From positions 1 through 64,000 of the IMG/VR virus record IMGVR_UViG_3300045988_129191: a DNA stretch of 64,000 bases; one strand, written 5' to 3'. Within the stretch, counting starts at the first letter, position 1; each line of letters begins with the position of its first letter. Source of the DNA: a virus. The notes beneath the pieces are model-generated. The model had not been told where the DNA came from, ran no database searches, and was given only the letters and a program-made list of their open reading frames with translations. This document shows positions 8,250-18,272 of the stretch, one piece after another. A program made the translations under genes and the position numbers.

Positions 8250-10148
8250 ATGTCTGAGAATTATGGTGTAAAAGACATAAAAACTTTGGAAGGTATTGAA
8301 GCGATTCGATTACGTCCAGGTATGTATATCGGCTCAATCGGACCAGATGGAGTTAGACATATCACTCTTGAAATTATTTCCAATGTAATTGATGAATATT
8401 TGAATGGATATTGTACAAAGTGTAATATTGAAGTAACAGAAGATGACATGGTAAAAGTAATGGACGATGGACGTGGAGTTCCTTTTGGAAAAGCTGCGGA
8501 TGGTTCAGAAACTCTTGAGAATATTTTCACTAAACTTCATACAGGAGCTAAGTTTGATAGTTCTGGTAAAACTGGATATAATACATCTGGTGGTATGAAT
8601 GGTGTTGGTGCAAAAGCAACAAATGCATTGTCTGATAAATTTATTGTCTCTTCCAAAAGGGATGGTAAAGTAGCAACAATGACATTTGAGAAAGGTGAAA
8701 GAAAAGATTTTAAAATTGAAAAGTATGCGGGACAGGACACTGGAACAACTATTACTTTTCATCCAGACGTAGAGATTTTTAAAGAAGGAATCTCACTTGA
8801 TTATGATAATTTAAAAAGACAGGTTCAGGAATTAGCATATCTTTCTCCTGGATTAACTTTTACATTAAAATATAAAGATAAAGCTGAAGATGTAATTGTT
8901 TCTCAGAATGGTATTCTGGATTATATTCAAGATTTGAATAAAAAGAAAAATACTATTACATCTGTTTTTTATGCTGAGGCTTCCGAAGATAGAATCGGCG
9001 TAAAGTTAGCAATGTTGTATAACGATAGTTATACTGATACTTATAAATTATATACAAACTCTATTCCAAATACAGCTGGAACTCATCTTACTGGATTTAG
9101 AACAGCGTTAACTTCTGCAATTAATAATTATGCAAGAGAAAATAAACTTCTTAAAGAGAAGGATTCTAATATTGTAGGAGATGAGTTAAAAGAAGGTCTT
9201 GTATTAGTTCTTTCTTTCGTGATGCCAGACCCAGTCTTTTCTGGTCAGACAAAAGAGAAACTTGATTCAAGTGAAGGACGTACAATGGTCCAGAAGCTGG
9301 TATCAAAGGAGATTGCAATCTGGCTTGATAGTCATCCTAATGATGCAAAGGCAATTATCAATAAGGCTTTATTAGCACGTGCCGCAAGAGAGAAAGCTAA
9401 AAAAGCTAAAGAAACAGTTCGTAAAGCGGATGTAAAGAAAAGAGCTGTAATGCCTGGTACATTAGCAGATGCAAGTTCTCGAAATAGAGCTTCTTGTGAA
9501 GTATTTATTGTAGAGGGAAAATCTGCGGCAGGTTCTACAAAAGAAGCCAGAGATAGAGCTACCCAGGCTGTGTTCCCGGTGAGAGGAAAAATTCTTAATG
9601 TTTTAAAGGCAGACCTTGCTAAAGCATTAAAGAATGCAGAAATTGATGGTATGATTACTGCTTTTGGTCTTGAGATTAAAGATGGAAAAGTAATCGTAAA
9701 TAAGGATAAATTACGTTATGGTAAAATTGTCATTACAGCCGATGCGGATGTTGATGGTAGCCATATTAGAGCATTATTCCTAACCTTCATTTGGAAATTT
9801 GCTCCGCAATTAATTGAAGATGGATATATTTATGCGGCAGTTCCTCCACTTTATAAAGTAACTCAGGGAACTAAGATTACTTATTTAAAAGATGATGCGG
9901 CTCTTGAAGAGTTTAGAAAGACAGCTAAAAAATCTTTTGAGCTGGGTCGTATGAAAGGTCTTGGTGAGATGGACCCGTCTGAAATGGCTGAAACTGTTAT
10001 GAATCCAGAAACCAGAACTCTTAAACAGATTTGTATGGAAGATGCAGAAGAAGCTGCTAAAACTTTCATGGGATTAATGGGTGAGTCAGTTGTTTATAGA
10101 AAGAAATTTATCGAAGAAAATGCGTGGAGAGCAAATATTGACGTATAA
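8250..10148 (+). CDS. gyrB: Type IIA topoisomerase ATPase/TOPRIM subunit (GyrB/ParE-like)
   Basis: GHKL ATPase motifs (GLHH-like region, GGxNGVGAK), TOPRIM EGKSAAGS and PVRGKILNV, C-terminal GyrB tail. Confidence 0.9.
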   Translation: MSENYGVKDIKTLEGIEAIRLRPGMYIGSIGPDGVRHITLEIISNVIDEYLNGYCTKCNIEVTEDDMVKVMDDGRGVPFGKAADGSETLENIFTKLHTGAKFDSSGKTGYNTSGGMNGVGAKATNALSDKFIVSSKRDGKVATMTFEKGERKDFKIEKYAGQDTGTTITFHPDVEIFKEGISLDYDNLKRQVQELAYLSPGLTFTLKYKDKAEDVIVSQNGILDYIQDLNKKKNTITSVFYAEASEDRIGVKLAMLYNDSYTDTYKLYTNSIPNTAGTHLTGFRTALTSAINNYARENKLLKEKDSNIVGDELKEGLVLVLSFVMPDPVFSGQTKEKLDSSEGRTMVQKLVSKEIAIWLDSHPNDAKAIINKALLARAAREKAKKAKETVRKADVKKRAVMPGTLADASSRNRASCEVFIVEGKSAAGSTKEARDRATQAVFPVRGKILNVLKADLAKALKNAEIDGMITAFGLEIKDGKVIVNKDKLRYGKIVITADADVDGSHIRALFLTFIWKFAPQLIEDGYIYAAVPPLYKVTQGTKITYLKDDAALEEFRKTAKKSFELGRMKGLGEMDPSEMAETVMNPETRTLKQICMEDAEEAAKTFMGLMGESVVYRKKFIEENAWRANIDV

Positions 10149-10244
10149 TGATGCAATGTATCTGGCCGTTGGAGTTGAAGACGGCTGGATACATGTAACT
10201 CCAAAAGTATGGAAAGATTATTTAAAAGCTAAAGAGGTTATTAA

Positions 10245-10604
10245 ATGGAAACAAAAATATTTGAATTTGTACCAGAAGAGTCAGAACACTTTGAATCCCA
10301 ATTTTTAAGATGGTATGATGCGGGCAAACCTAAAAATAATTTTAATGATGCTTATGATTATGGTACAATAACTCAATTTCTTGTATGGGAATATTCTTTA
10401 TCAGAGGAGTCATATGGCGAACCCCGTAGATGGAACCAAATGGTTGATGGTATTGTTTGTATTAATGGAAGATATTTTTCTGTTTGCTGGGATAGGGGTC
10501 TTACAGAAATGCAAGAAGATTATTATGACTTCGATGATGATATTGTTGAAGTTGAAAAACGTACAGTTTTAAAAGAGGTAACAGAATGGAAGAAAAAAAG
10601 ATAA
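10245..10604 (+). CDS. Hypothetical acidic protein (119 aa)
   Basis: RBS AAAGAGG 7 nt upstream of ATG. Confidence 0.5.
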   Translation: METKIFEFVPEESEHFESQFLRWYDAGKPKNNFNDAYDYGTITQFLVWEYSLSEESYGEPRRWNQMVDGIVCINGRYFSVCWDRGLTEMQEDYYDFDDDIVEVEKRTVLKEVTEWKKKR

Positions 10605-10825
10605 TTGAATTAGCTGGAGACTTTTCTCAAAAGCCAAATATGGTAGCAATTACTAAAGTAACTCCTATAAAAGATGGAGATAAAGTAATTTTACATTTTG
10701 ATGTAGAGAAATATGGTTTAGATATAGATACTGTTGCTGAACAATTTAAACTGTGGCAGCAATGCTTTCCATATAATGATGTAATTGGAGATTTGTGTAA
10801 CACAGGTATTGAAGTAAAGGAGTAA
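10586..10825 (+). CDS. Hypothetical protein (79 aa)
   Basis: RBS GAGGTAACAGA; overlaps upstream ORF end. Confidence 0.45.
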   Translation: MEEKKIIELAGDFSQKPNMVAITKVTPIKDGDKVILHFDVEKYGLDIDTVAEQFKLWQQCFPYNDVIGDLCNTGIEVKE

Positions 10826-10827
10826 AT

Positions 10828-11274
10828 ATGATATTTTATACAGATGGTTCTGCCAGTCCAAATCCAGGTCCAGGAGGCTTTGGGGTTGTTCAAGTTGATA
10901 CAGAAGGTAATATTTTAAGTACATATTCCAGTAGGCAAGATAATACAACTAATAATGAACAGGAAATGAAAGCTATTCTTTATGCGGCCTGTCAAGGAGT
11001 ATTGGCTAAAGAAGATGTATTAATTTATTCTGATTCTGCATATGCAATTAATACATTTTCAAACTGGATGTATAATTGGGAAAAGAATGGATGGATTAAA
11101 GGAGATGGAAAAGTGCCTGAGAATTTAGAAATTGTACAGGCTTTTTTTGAAGTATCTAAAATGATTGAAATTACTTTTGTGAAAGTAAAAGGACATTCTA
11201 GAAATCCATTTAATGAGCTTGCTGATAATCTTGCAACAGGCAAGATTAAACCTGGTAACTATTTGACAATTTAA
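10828..11274 (+). CDS. rnhA: Ribonuclease HI
   Basis: RNase H catalytic motifs YTDGS, EQEMKA, YSDS, KGH...NELAD. Confidence 0.85.
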   Translation: MIFYTDGSASPNPGPGGFGVVQVDTEGNILSTYSSRQDNTTNNEQEMKAILYAACQGVLAKEDVLIYSDSAYAINTFSNWMYNWEKNGWIKGDGKVPENLEIVQAFFEVSKMIEITFVKVKGHSRNPFNELADNLATGKIKPGNYLTI

Positions 11275-11291
11275 TTTTTTTATGATAATAT
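11263..11291 (+). promoter_or_regulatory. Promoter TTGACA-N17-TGaTAATAT inside the 3' end of rnhA
   Basis: -35 at 11263-11268, -10 at 11286-11291. Confidence 0.45.
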
Positions 11292-11298
11292 ATTATAT

Positions 11299-11577
11299 AT
11301 GGATAAGAATAAAGAACAATTAAGAAAACAATTATTACAATTTGTTAAATCAGTTGAAGAACCTATGACAAAAGAAGAATATGATAAATATATGGAAGAA
11401 TATCATAAACAAGATCCTCTTTTACAAACAGGTTCTGGTTATTTATATGTTCCATCAGAAGATGTTGTTGTTAGTGCTGATTCAATTTATAATTTTATAG
11501 AAAGAGTTATAGATGAAAGTATGATGGATGTAAAAATGCAATATTATAAAGAATTATTTGATAAGGGAGAGTTTTAA
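11299..11577 (+). CDS. Hypothetical protein (92 aa)
   Basis: ORF coupled to downstream gyrA-like gene. Confidence 0.5.
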   Translation: MDKNKEQLRKQLLQFVKSVEEPMTKEEYDKYMEEYHKQDPLLQTGSGYLYVPSEDVVVSADSIYNFIERVIDESMMDVKMQYYKELFDKGEF

Positions 11578-13955
11578 TGAGTGAGAATATTATTCAAGTA
11601 AATATTAAAGATGAAATTGAACAGAGTTTACTTGATTATGGAATGAGTATCATTTCAGATCGAGCTTTGCCTTCAGCAGAAGATGGATTAAAACCTGTTA
11701 ATAGACGTATTTTATATGATATGTTCGATAAAGGTTTTATGAATAACAAAAAATTTGTAAAGTGCGCTCAGCCAGTCGGAGATACAATGGGTAGATTTCA
11801 TCCGCATGGTGATAGTTCTATCTATGGTGCATTAGTATGGATGTCTCAAGAGTGGAATATGCGTTATCCACTTATTTCTTGGCATGGAAATAATGGTAGC
11901 CGAGATGGTGATGAGCCAGCAGCATATAGATATACAGAGTGTAAACTTTCCAAATTAGGAGAGGAAATGCTCGCAGATATTAAAAAGAATACAGTAGATT
12001 GGATGAATGCTTATACAGATGAAGAGCAGGAGCCAATTTATTTACCTGGCCGCATTCCAAATCTTATTGTAAATGGTACTTCTGGAATTGCATGGGCAAT
12101 GGCTTGTTCATTTGCCCCACATAATTTATCAGAAGTTATGGATGCAGCTATTCATCTTTTGGAAAATCCAGAATGTGATATTCGAGAACTTTTAAATTAT
12201 ATTAAAGGTCCAGATTTTCCAACAGGTGGATTACTTATTAATAAGGATGAACTTGAAACAGCTTATCTTACAGGAAAAGGTCGTGCAAGATTAAGAGGTG
12301 AATATGTAATAGAGTCATCCAAAGCTGGAGATAGTATTGTCTTTACTTCAATGCCTTATAAGGTTTCAAAGGAGGATTTAATTGTTGAAATTGACAACCT
12401 TTGCGAACAAGGTGAGATTAATGGCATTACAGCAATTCGCGATGAATCAAACCAAAAAGGTGTCAGGTTTGTCATTGAATTGGGAAAAGGAGTGTCAACA
12501 GCTCCAATTATTGCAAAACTTTTTAAGTCCACAAGACTTGAAAGTACGTATTCATTCAACCAAGTTGCACTGGTTGACAAAAAGCCGAGACTTCTTAATA
12601 TCAAACAATTATTAGAGAACTATATTGAACATCAAAGAGATGTTCTTTTAAGAAAGACTAAGTTCGATATCGAAAAAGTACAAGCAAGAATTCATATTCT
12701 TGAAGGATTATTAATTGCACTTGAAGATATTGATAATATTATTGCTTTAATTAAGAAGTCTGCCAGTGCAGCTGCCGCAAAAGAAGCTTTAATGGATAAA
12801 TATAATCTTAGTGAAGCGCAGGCAAAAGCAATTCTTGATATGAAATTAAGTAAATTAGCTCGTTTGGAATCAGTTGAAATTCAGACTGAAAAAGATAATT
12901 TACTTAAAAAAGAAGCTGAATTAAATCAGATTCTTTTAAATCCAGTTCCAGAGATGAAAAAGAACTTCACAGAGATTAAAACCTCATATGGAGATGCTCG
13001 TAGAACTACAATCACACAGGTAAATATCACAAAAGAAGAAAAAGAGACTGAATATGTTGAACCAGAAAAATGTGTTGTTGTAATGACAGAAGATGGTTTA
13101 ATTAAGCGTATTCCTTCTACAAGCTTCAGAACTCAGAGAAGAAATGGAAAAGGTGTTAAAACACAGGGCGATGTTGTAAAAACGACAATTCGTACAAATA
13201 CTATTGATTCTCTTATGGTATTTACAACAAAAGGAAAAATGTATCGTATTCTTGTAAATGATATTCCAGTGGGTACAAATGTATCTAAAGGTCAGTCAAT
13301 TAAATCTTTGATTGCGATGGATACAGATGAAGAACCGAATCTGATTTATTCTATTTATAGAGATACAGATGCAAAATATTTACTGTTTGTAACAAAGAAC
13401 GGAATTACAAAGAAAACCTCATTAGAGGAGTATACAAATACAAAGAAAAAGACTGGAATTATTGCAATTAATCTTAAAGAGGATGATACATTAGTATCTG
13501 TAAATCTTGTTAAAGATGAAGATTTAGTTCTTTTAACTTCTCATGGTATGGGAATTAAGATTAATTCTGGAGAAATTTCAGCTTCTGGTAGAGCAACAGC
13601 CGGCGTTAAAGGAATCACTTTAAAGAAAGATGATTTTGTAGTTGCGGCATTACCAGTTCGTAATAAAACAGATTACATTGCAATCTTTTCATCTAAAGGT
13701 CTTGGAAAGAAGATTGAAATGGATGAATTGGTTCTTCAGAAACGTGCGGGAAAAGGCTTAATTATTTATAAACCAACAGATGAAACAGGAACAGTTATTT
13801 CTGGTGCTTTAATTGCGGACGAGGATAATATTCTTGTTGTTGGTAAATTAAGTTCAATTTGCATTTCCGCAAAAGATATTCCTCTTGCAAGTAGAATTGC
13901 AACAGGTAATCAGTTAATTAAGAATGGTGAAATTACTTCTGTAACAAAAATTTAA
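11577..13955 (+). CDS. gyrA: Type IIA topoisomerase DNA breakage-reunion subunit (GyrA/ParC-like), short C-terminal domain
   Basis: N-terminal LKPVNRRILY and YHPHGD motifs, catalytic Tyr region AAYRYTE, beta-pinwheel-like C-terminus. Confidence 0.9.
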   Translation: MSENIIQVNIKDEIEQSLLDYGMSIISDRALPSAEDGLKPVNRRILYDMFDKGFMNNKKFVKCAQPVGDTMGRFHPHGDSSIYGALVWMSQEWNMRYPLISWHGNNGSRDGDEPAAYRYTECKLSKLGEEMLADIKKNTVDWMNAYTDEEQEPIYLPGRIPNLIVNGTSGIAWAMACSFAPHNLSEVMDAAIHLLENPECDIRELLNYIKGPDFPTGGLLINKDELETAYLTGKGRARLRGEYVIESSKAGDSIVFTSMPYKVSKEDLIVEIDNLCEQGEINGITAIRDESNQKGVRFVIELGKGVSTAPIIAKLFKSTRLESTYSFNQVALVDKKPRLLNIKQLLENYIEHQRDVLLRKTKFDIEKVQARIHILEGLLIALEDIDNIIALIKKSASAAAAKEALMDKYNLSEAQAKAILDMKLSKLARLESVEIQTEKDNLLKKEAELNQILLNPVPEMKKNFTEIKTSYGDARRTTITQVNITKEEKETEYVEPEKCVVVMTEDGLIKRIPSTSFRTQRRNGKGVKTQGDVVKTTIRTNTIDSLMVFTTKGKMYRILVNDIPVGTNVSKGQSIKSLIAMDTDEEPNLIYSIYRDTDAKYLLFVTKNGITKKTSLEEYTNTKKKTGIIAINLKEDDTLVSVNLVKDEDLVLLTSHGMGIKINSGEISASGRATAGVKGITLKKDDFVVAALPVRNKTDYIAIFSSKGLGKKIEMDELVLQKRAGKGLIIYKPTDETGTVISGALIADEDNILVVGKLSSICISAKDIPLASRIATGNQLIKNGEITSVTKI

Positions 13956-14000
13956 GTGGGATTTATTTCCCACTTATCTTTTCCAAAAGGAGAATATATA

Positions 14001-15956
14001 ATGGATTTTTTTGATGAAAATGAAATGTATAATATTATTCAAGTTTTGAATGATTGGACAAAAGCATATGATGAAGGAAAACCAAAAGTATCAGATAAGG
14101 CTTGGGATGAATTATATTTTAAATTAAAACAGTTAGAAAAAGAAACTGGTGTAGTTCTCCCTAATTCTCCTACAAATAGTATTTCATATGAAGCAATATC
14201 TGAGTTACAGAAGGTTAAACATAATCATAAAATGCTGTCTTTGGATAAAACTAAGGACTGGGATGAATTTATTGGCTATTTTGCTAAGCTTAATCCATTT
14301 GAAGATGTTTGCGGAATGCTGAAAATGGATGGATTAACATGCAGTTTAAGATATGTTGATGGTAAACTTGTATCTGCGGAAACCCGTGGAGACGGGATTA
14401 TTGGCGAGGATATTCTTCACAATGCCCGCACATTAAGGTCTATCCCGCAAACTATTGATTACAAAGATGAATTAATAATTGATGGTGAAGTAATTTGTAC
14501 ATATAAGGATTTTAAACCATTTGAAGATGAATATAAGAATCCTCGTAATTTTGCATCTGGAAGTATTCGTCTTTTGGATGCTAATGAATGTAAAAAACGT
14601 AACTTAACTTTTGTAGTTTGGAATGTTATAAAAGGATTTAATGAAGAAAATTCTTTTATGAAGAGGCTTGAATTTGCAAGAAGTTTAGGTTTTGTTATAG
14701 TTCCTTATACTACAAGTTTTGATTGGGACGCAAAAGAATATCTTATTGAATTGGCTAAGACTCTTGGCTATCCAGTAGATGGATTAGTTGGAAGATTCGA
14801 TAATATTGCATATGGTCAGAGTTTAGGAGAAACTATTCATCATGTTCGTGCGGCATATGCTTTTAAATTTTATGATGAAGAGTATGAAACTACTCTTGAA
14901 GATATTGAATGGAGCATGGGCAGAACTGGTGTATATACGCCTGTAGCCATTTTTGAATCAGTTGAAGCAGATGGCTCCACTATTTCAAGAGCAAGTTTGC
15001 ATAATTTGAGTGTTTTAAAAGAAGTTTTAAAAGCTCCTTTTAGAGGACAAAAAATTAAAGTTGCAAAGATGAATATGATTATTCCGCAAGTTACATGGGC
15101 AGAACATCCTGAACATATTGAAACTAAATATCGTATTCGTATGCCATTAAGATGTTCATGTTGTGATGAGCCATTGACTATTAAAGAATCTGATTCTGGC
15201 GTAGAAAATGTATATTGCCCAAATCCGAATTGCGAAGGAAAATTGTCTACAAGATTAGACCATTTTGCAGGCAAAAAAGGTTTAGATATAAAAGGTGTTT
15301 CAAAGGCTACTATTGAAAAATTGATTGATTGGGGCTGGATTAGTTCTATTGGAGATATTTTTGAATTAAAGCAATACAGAGAAGAGTGGATTAAAAAGCC
15401 AGGTTTTGGAGTAAAATCTGTTGATAATATTTTAAATGCAATAGAAAAATCTAAAGAGGTGTCTTTAGATAAATTTATTGCGGCTCTTGGTATTCCATTA
15501 ATTGGTAACAACGTAGCGAAAGAACTCACAAAATATATTAAGACATATCCTGATTTTAGAGATAAGGTTGATAATAGATTTGATTTTGCTCAATTTGAAG
15601 GCTTTGCGGACAGTAAGACTTTAGCTATTTGGAAGTTCGATTATTCTGAAGCAGATAGAATTTATAATAATTATATTTCTATTCCAGAAGTAGAAGAAGT
15701 TGAAGAATCTGCGGCGCAGACTCTTGAAGGTATTACTGTAGTTATTACAGGTAAATTGACTATGTTTAAAAATCGTGCGGCGTTACAGTCTGCGATTGAA
15801 TCAGCTGGTGGTAAAGTAGTTGGTTCTATTAGTAAGAATGTAAAATATCTTATTAACAATGATGTAAATTCAACATCTTCTAAAAACTTAGCAGCTAAAA
15901 AGCTTGAAATTCCTATTCTTTCGGAACAGGATTTCGTAAAAAAGTTTTTGACTTAA
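14001..15956 (+). CDS. ligA: NAD-dependent DNA ligase
   Basis: Adenylation motif KMDGL, Zn-finger CSCCDE...CPNPNC, HhH region, C-terminal BRCT-like ITVVITGKL...; ATG 14001 preferred (RBS AAAGGAGAA) over ORF-track start 13956. Confidence 0.9.
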   Translation: MDFFDENEMYNIIQVLNDWTKAYDEGKPKVSDKAWDELYFKLKQLEKETGVVLPNSPTNSISYEAISELQKVKHNHKMLSLDKTKDWDEFIGYFAKLNPFEDVCGMLKMDGLTCSLRYVDGKLVSAETRGDGIIGEDILHNARTLRSIPQTIDYKDELIIDGEVICTYKDFKPFEDEYKNPRNFASGSIRLLDANECKKRNLTFVVWNVIKGFNEENSFMKRLEFARSLGFVIVPYTTSFDWDAKEYLIELAKTLGYPVDGLVGRFDNIAYGQSLGETIHHVRAAYAFKFYDEEYETTLEDIEWSMGRTGVYTPVAIFESVEADGSTISRASLHNLSVLKEVLKAPFRGQKIKVAKMNMIIPQVTWAEHPEHIETKYRIRMPLRCSCCDEPLTIKESDSGVENVYCPNPNCEGKLSTRLDHFAGKKGLDIKGVSKATIEKLIDWGWISSIGDIFELKQYREEWIKKPGFGVKSVDNILNAIEKSKEVSLDKFIAALGIPLIGNNVAKELTKYIKTYPDFRDKVDNRFDFAQFEGFADSKTLAIWKFDYSEADRIYNNYISIPEVEEVEESAAQTLEGITVVITGKLTMFKNRAALQSAIESAGGKVVGSISKNVKYLINNDVNSTSSKNLAAKKLEIPILSEQDFVKKFLT

Positions 15957-15976
15957 TTTAAAAAAAATGTTATAAT
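15948..15976 (+). promoter_or_regulatory. Promoter TTGACT-N17-TGtTATAAT overlapping ligA stop
   Basis: -35 at 15948-15953, -10 at 15971-15976. Confidence 0.55.
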
Positions 15977-16010
15977 TAAATTGTAATAAAGATAAGGATA
16001 GAAAAAAAAT

Positions 16011-16217
16011 ATGAATAAGAAAGAAATCAAGAATTTAGCTAAGCAAATCGCAGAGGCTGAATTAATTATTCAGAATTCCATTCAGAATTCTACTGATCAA
16101 AAGGAAAGAAAATATGCGATGGATACAATAATTGCTTTATCCAGTAAGCTCTCCTCTTTAGAGGAAATGGAACGCGTCGATGAGATGGTCCAGAAAATTT
16201 TAAAAAATAATTCTTGA
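16011..16217 (+). CDS. Hypothetical small protein (68 aa)
   Basis: ORF downstream of promoter; weak RBS. Confidence 0.4.
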   Translation: MNKKEIKNLAKQIAEAELIIQNSIQNSTDQKERKYAMDTIIALSSKLSSLEEMERVDEMVQKILKNNS

Positions 16218-16242
16218 CTTAAAAATATTTTTTTGATATAAT
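16214..16242 (+). promoter_or_regulatory. Promoter TTGACT-N17-TGaTATAAT
   Basis: -35 at 16214-16219, -10 at 16237-16242; followed by short hairpin TAAGCT-aagag-AGCTTA at 16248-16264. Confidence 0.6.
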
Positions 16243-16316
16243 AATTACATAAGCTAAGAGAGCTTAGAAAAATTACACAAACAATAAAATTATTTAATTA
16301 AAGGAGATTTGTTATT

Positions 16317-16592
16317 ATGGCAAAAATGAAAGAAAATTCACGTAAAGTATTTGAGTATTTAAAGACTATCGGAGATGCAAAAGTTACAGCAGCAGATGTA
16401 GCAGAGGCACTCGGAATTGAGAAGAAACGTGTAGATGGAATCTTTACTTCCGCTATTCAGAGAAAAGGTCTTGGAGTTCGTACTCCTGCAGAAGTTGAGC
16501 TTGAGGACGGAAGTCATAAGGCAGTTAAGTTCTTGTCTCTTACACCAGCTGGCATGAGCTTCGACCCAGACGCTGAAGATGAAGCTGAGTAA
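16317..16592 (+). CDS. Small putative DNA-binding protein (HTH-like segment), acidic tail
   Basis: RBS AAAGGAGA; segment VTAADVAEALGIEKKRV resembles an HTH. Confidence 0.5.
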   Translation: MAKMKENSRKVFEYLKTIGDAKVTAADVAEALGIEKKRVDGIFTSAIQRKGLGVRTPAEVELEDGSHKAVKFLSLTPAGMSFDPDAEDEAE

Positions 16593-16618
16593 TTAAATTA
16601 TTTTTGTAATATAAATTA

Positions 16619-16650
16619 AAAGAGATAAGGTAACACTTATCTCTTTTTTT
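16619..16650 (+). terminator. Intrinsic terminator AGAGATAAG-gtaacac-CTTATCTCT followed by T7
   Basis: Read directly. Confidence 0.8.
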
Positions 16651-16658
16651 AACAAAAT

Positions 16659-17651
16659 ATGATTACCGCAATTATAGCAATTTTTTGTCTTATATTGGGG
16701 GCTGGGTTAGTATATCTGTTTATGCAACCAAAAGTCAAAGTTACTCAAGAGGAAGATAAAGAAATTCTTGAAAAGAATAAAGCCGTTCAATTTGAGTTAC
16801 AAGCAATGGAGCAAAGAACGGATTACTTAAAAGAGCAATATGAGCAGAAATTGCAAGAATATAAGAAATTAAAACAAGATGTTGATGAAGAATTTAAAGT
16901 TTCAGAAGAAACTGCGAAGAAATATTATCAACAAATGCTTGATTTTTATAAACAAAAATATCATGTAGAATCTGAAGAGATTCATGCAATTTTTATGGAT
17001 ACTAAACATAACTTAGAAGATAGCTATGAAGAACTTGCGAAAGAGCTGGTTCAAGATTATCTTGATAAAGAACAAGAAAGTATCCAAAAGATAAAGAGAT
17101 TGAATGAAAAAATTCAAAGCGAAGAGTCTCAATTAGAGGATTTGCGGCATAAGGTAGAAGCCGCAGTAGCTTATGATAAGCGCAATGAAGAGAATAAAAA
17201 TAAAGGTAATTTTTATAAATTAAATCTTACAGACGAAGATTTAGATGAAATTAGTGAATTAAGAAAAATTATTTCACATTTTAGAAATCCTGAGCCTGTT
17301 AATAAGGTCATATGGAAAACATATTATGAGAAACCTTATACTGATTTAGTTGGTAGGGTAGTGGGTTCTGGAGTTCATTGTGGTATTTATAAAATTACTA
17401 ATCTTCAAAATAATATGTGCTATGTCGGACAGAGTACGAATATTGCTGAACGTTGGAAACAGCATATTAAGCGTGGATTGGGCGCAGATACTCCGACCCG
17501 CAATAAGCTTTATCCAATTATGCAGACTGTTGGAGTTGAAAATTTTTCATTTGAAATCATTGAAGAGTGTACAAAATCTCAATTAAATGATAGAGAAGAC
17601 TACTGGCAAGATTTTTTTAAAGCAAAAGAATTTGGTTATAGTATTAAATAA
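16659..17651 (+). CDS. Membrane-anchored coiled-coil protein with C-terminal GIY-YIG nuclease domain
   Basis: N-terminal TM segment IIAIFCLILGAGLVYLF, long K/E-rich coiled coil, GIYKITN...YVGQS...ERWKQH motif; no obvious SD. Confidence 0.6.
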   Translation: MITAIIAIFCLILGAGLVYLFMQPKVKVTQEEDKEILEKNKAVQFELQAMEQRTDYLKEQYEQKLQEYKKLKQDVDEEFKVSEETAKKYYQQMLDFYKQKYHVESEEIHAIFMDTKHNLEDSYEELAKELVQDYLDKEQESIQKIKRLNEKIQSEESQLEDLRHKVEAAVAYDKRNEENKNKGNFYKLNLTDEDLDEISELRKIISHFRNPEPVNKVIWKTYYEKPYTDLVGRVVGSGVHCGIYKITNLQNNMCYVGQSTNIAERWKQHIKRGLGADTPTRNKLYPIMQTVGVENFSFEIIEECTKSQLNDREDYWQDFFKAKEFGYSIK

Positions 17652-17665
17652 AGGAGAAAATTGTT

Positions 17666-17959
17666 ATGTATAGAATTATTGATGGACGAGGGACAGGAAA
17701 AACTTCTCGATTATTTTTACTTGCAAAAGAAACTGACATTCCGATTGTTTGTCAATGTCCACAAGATATGAGGGAAAAAGCTTATTCTTATGGAATAACT
17801 GGAATTAATTTTATTAGTTATCAAGAAGCCATTACTGCAGGAGATATATCTGATCCTGCAAAAAAGGTCTTTGTTGATAATCTTGAACAATTTTCGTATT
17901 ATGTATTAATGAAAAATCATTTTAAATTGAAAGGATTTACAGTATCAAATGAAGATTAA
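17666..17959 (+). CDS. Hypothetical protein with isolated Walker A-like motif (GRGTGKTS)
   Basis: RBS AAGGAGAAAA; 97 aa only. Confidence 0.45.
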   Translation: MYRIIDGRGTGKTSRLFLLAKETDIPIVCQCPQDMREKAYSYGITGINFISYQEAITAGDISDPAKKVFVDNLEQFSYYVLMKNHFKLKGFTVSNED

Positions 17960-18269
17960 AGTATTTACAACTGATCAAAAAGGTTATATTACTTTAACGC
18001 AGAAAGAGCTTCAAGACCTTTTAAATGAAGCTTATTGGGAAGGTTACCATGAGGGAGAGAGACCTATACCAACCTATCCTAATCGTCCAAATCCTTACTA
18101 TTGGACAACTGCAACAAACGGTAATGTAACTTTATTAAATAATCCAGATGTTACTCATGCTAAAATTAAAACACCTACAACAACAACTACTACTGGAAGT
18201 TTATCAATTAAAGCAGAAGATATGCAGCCATATTCAATTAGTTATGATACAGGAGTAAGAGGTAAGTAA
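17949..18269 (+). CDS. Hypothetical protein (106 aa, poly-Thr stretch)
   Basis: ORF overlapping upstream stop. Confidence 0.4.
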   Translation: MKIKVFTTDQKGYITLTQKELQDLLNEAYWEGYHEGERPIPTYPNRPNPYYWTTATNGNVTLLNNPDVTHAKIKTPTTTTTTGSLSIKAEDMQPYSISYDTGVRGK

Positions 18270-18272
18270 AGA

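Noticed and set aside
8261-8762. Three minus-strand ORFs inside gyrB
   Set aside because: Antisense shadows of a strongly supported gene.
14870-15529. 219-aa minus-strand ORF
   Set aside because: It lies entirely inside the well-supported ligA coding sequence on the opposite strand, and has Ser/Ile-rich shadow composition with no RBS.
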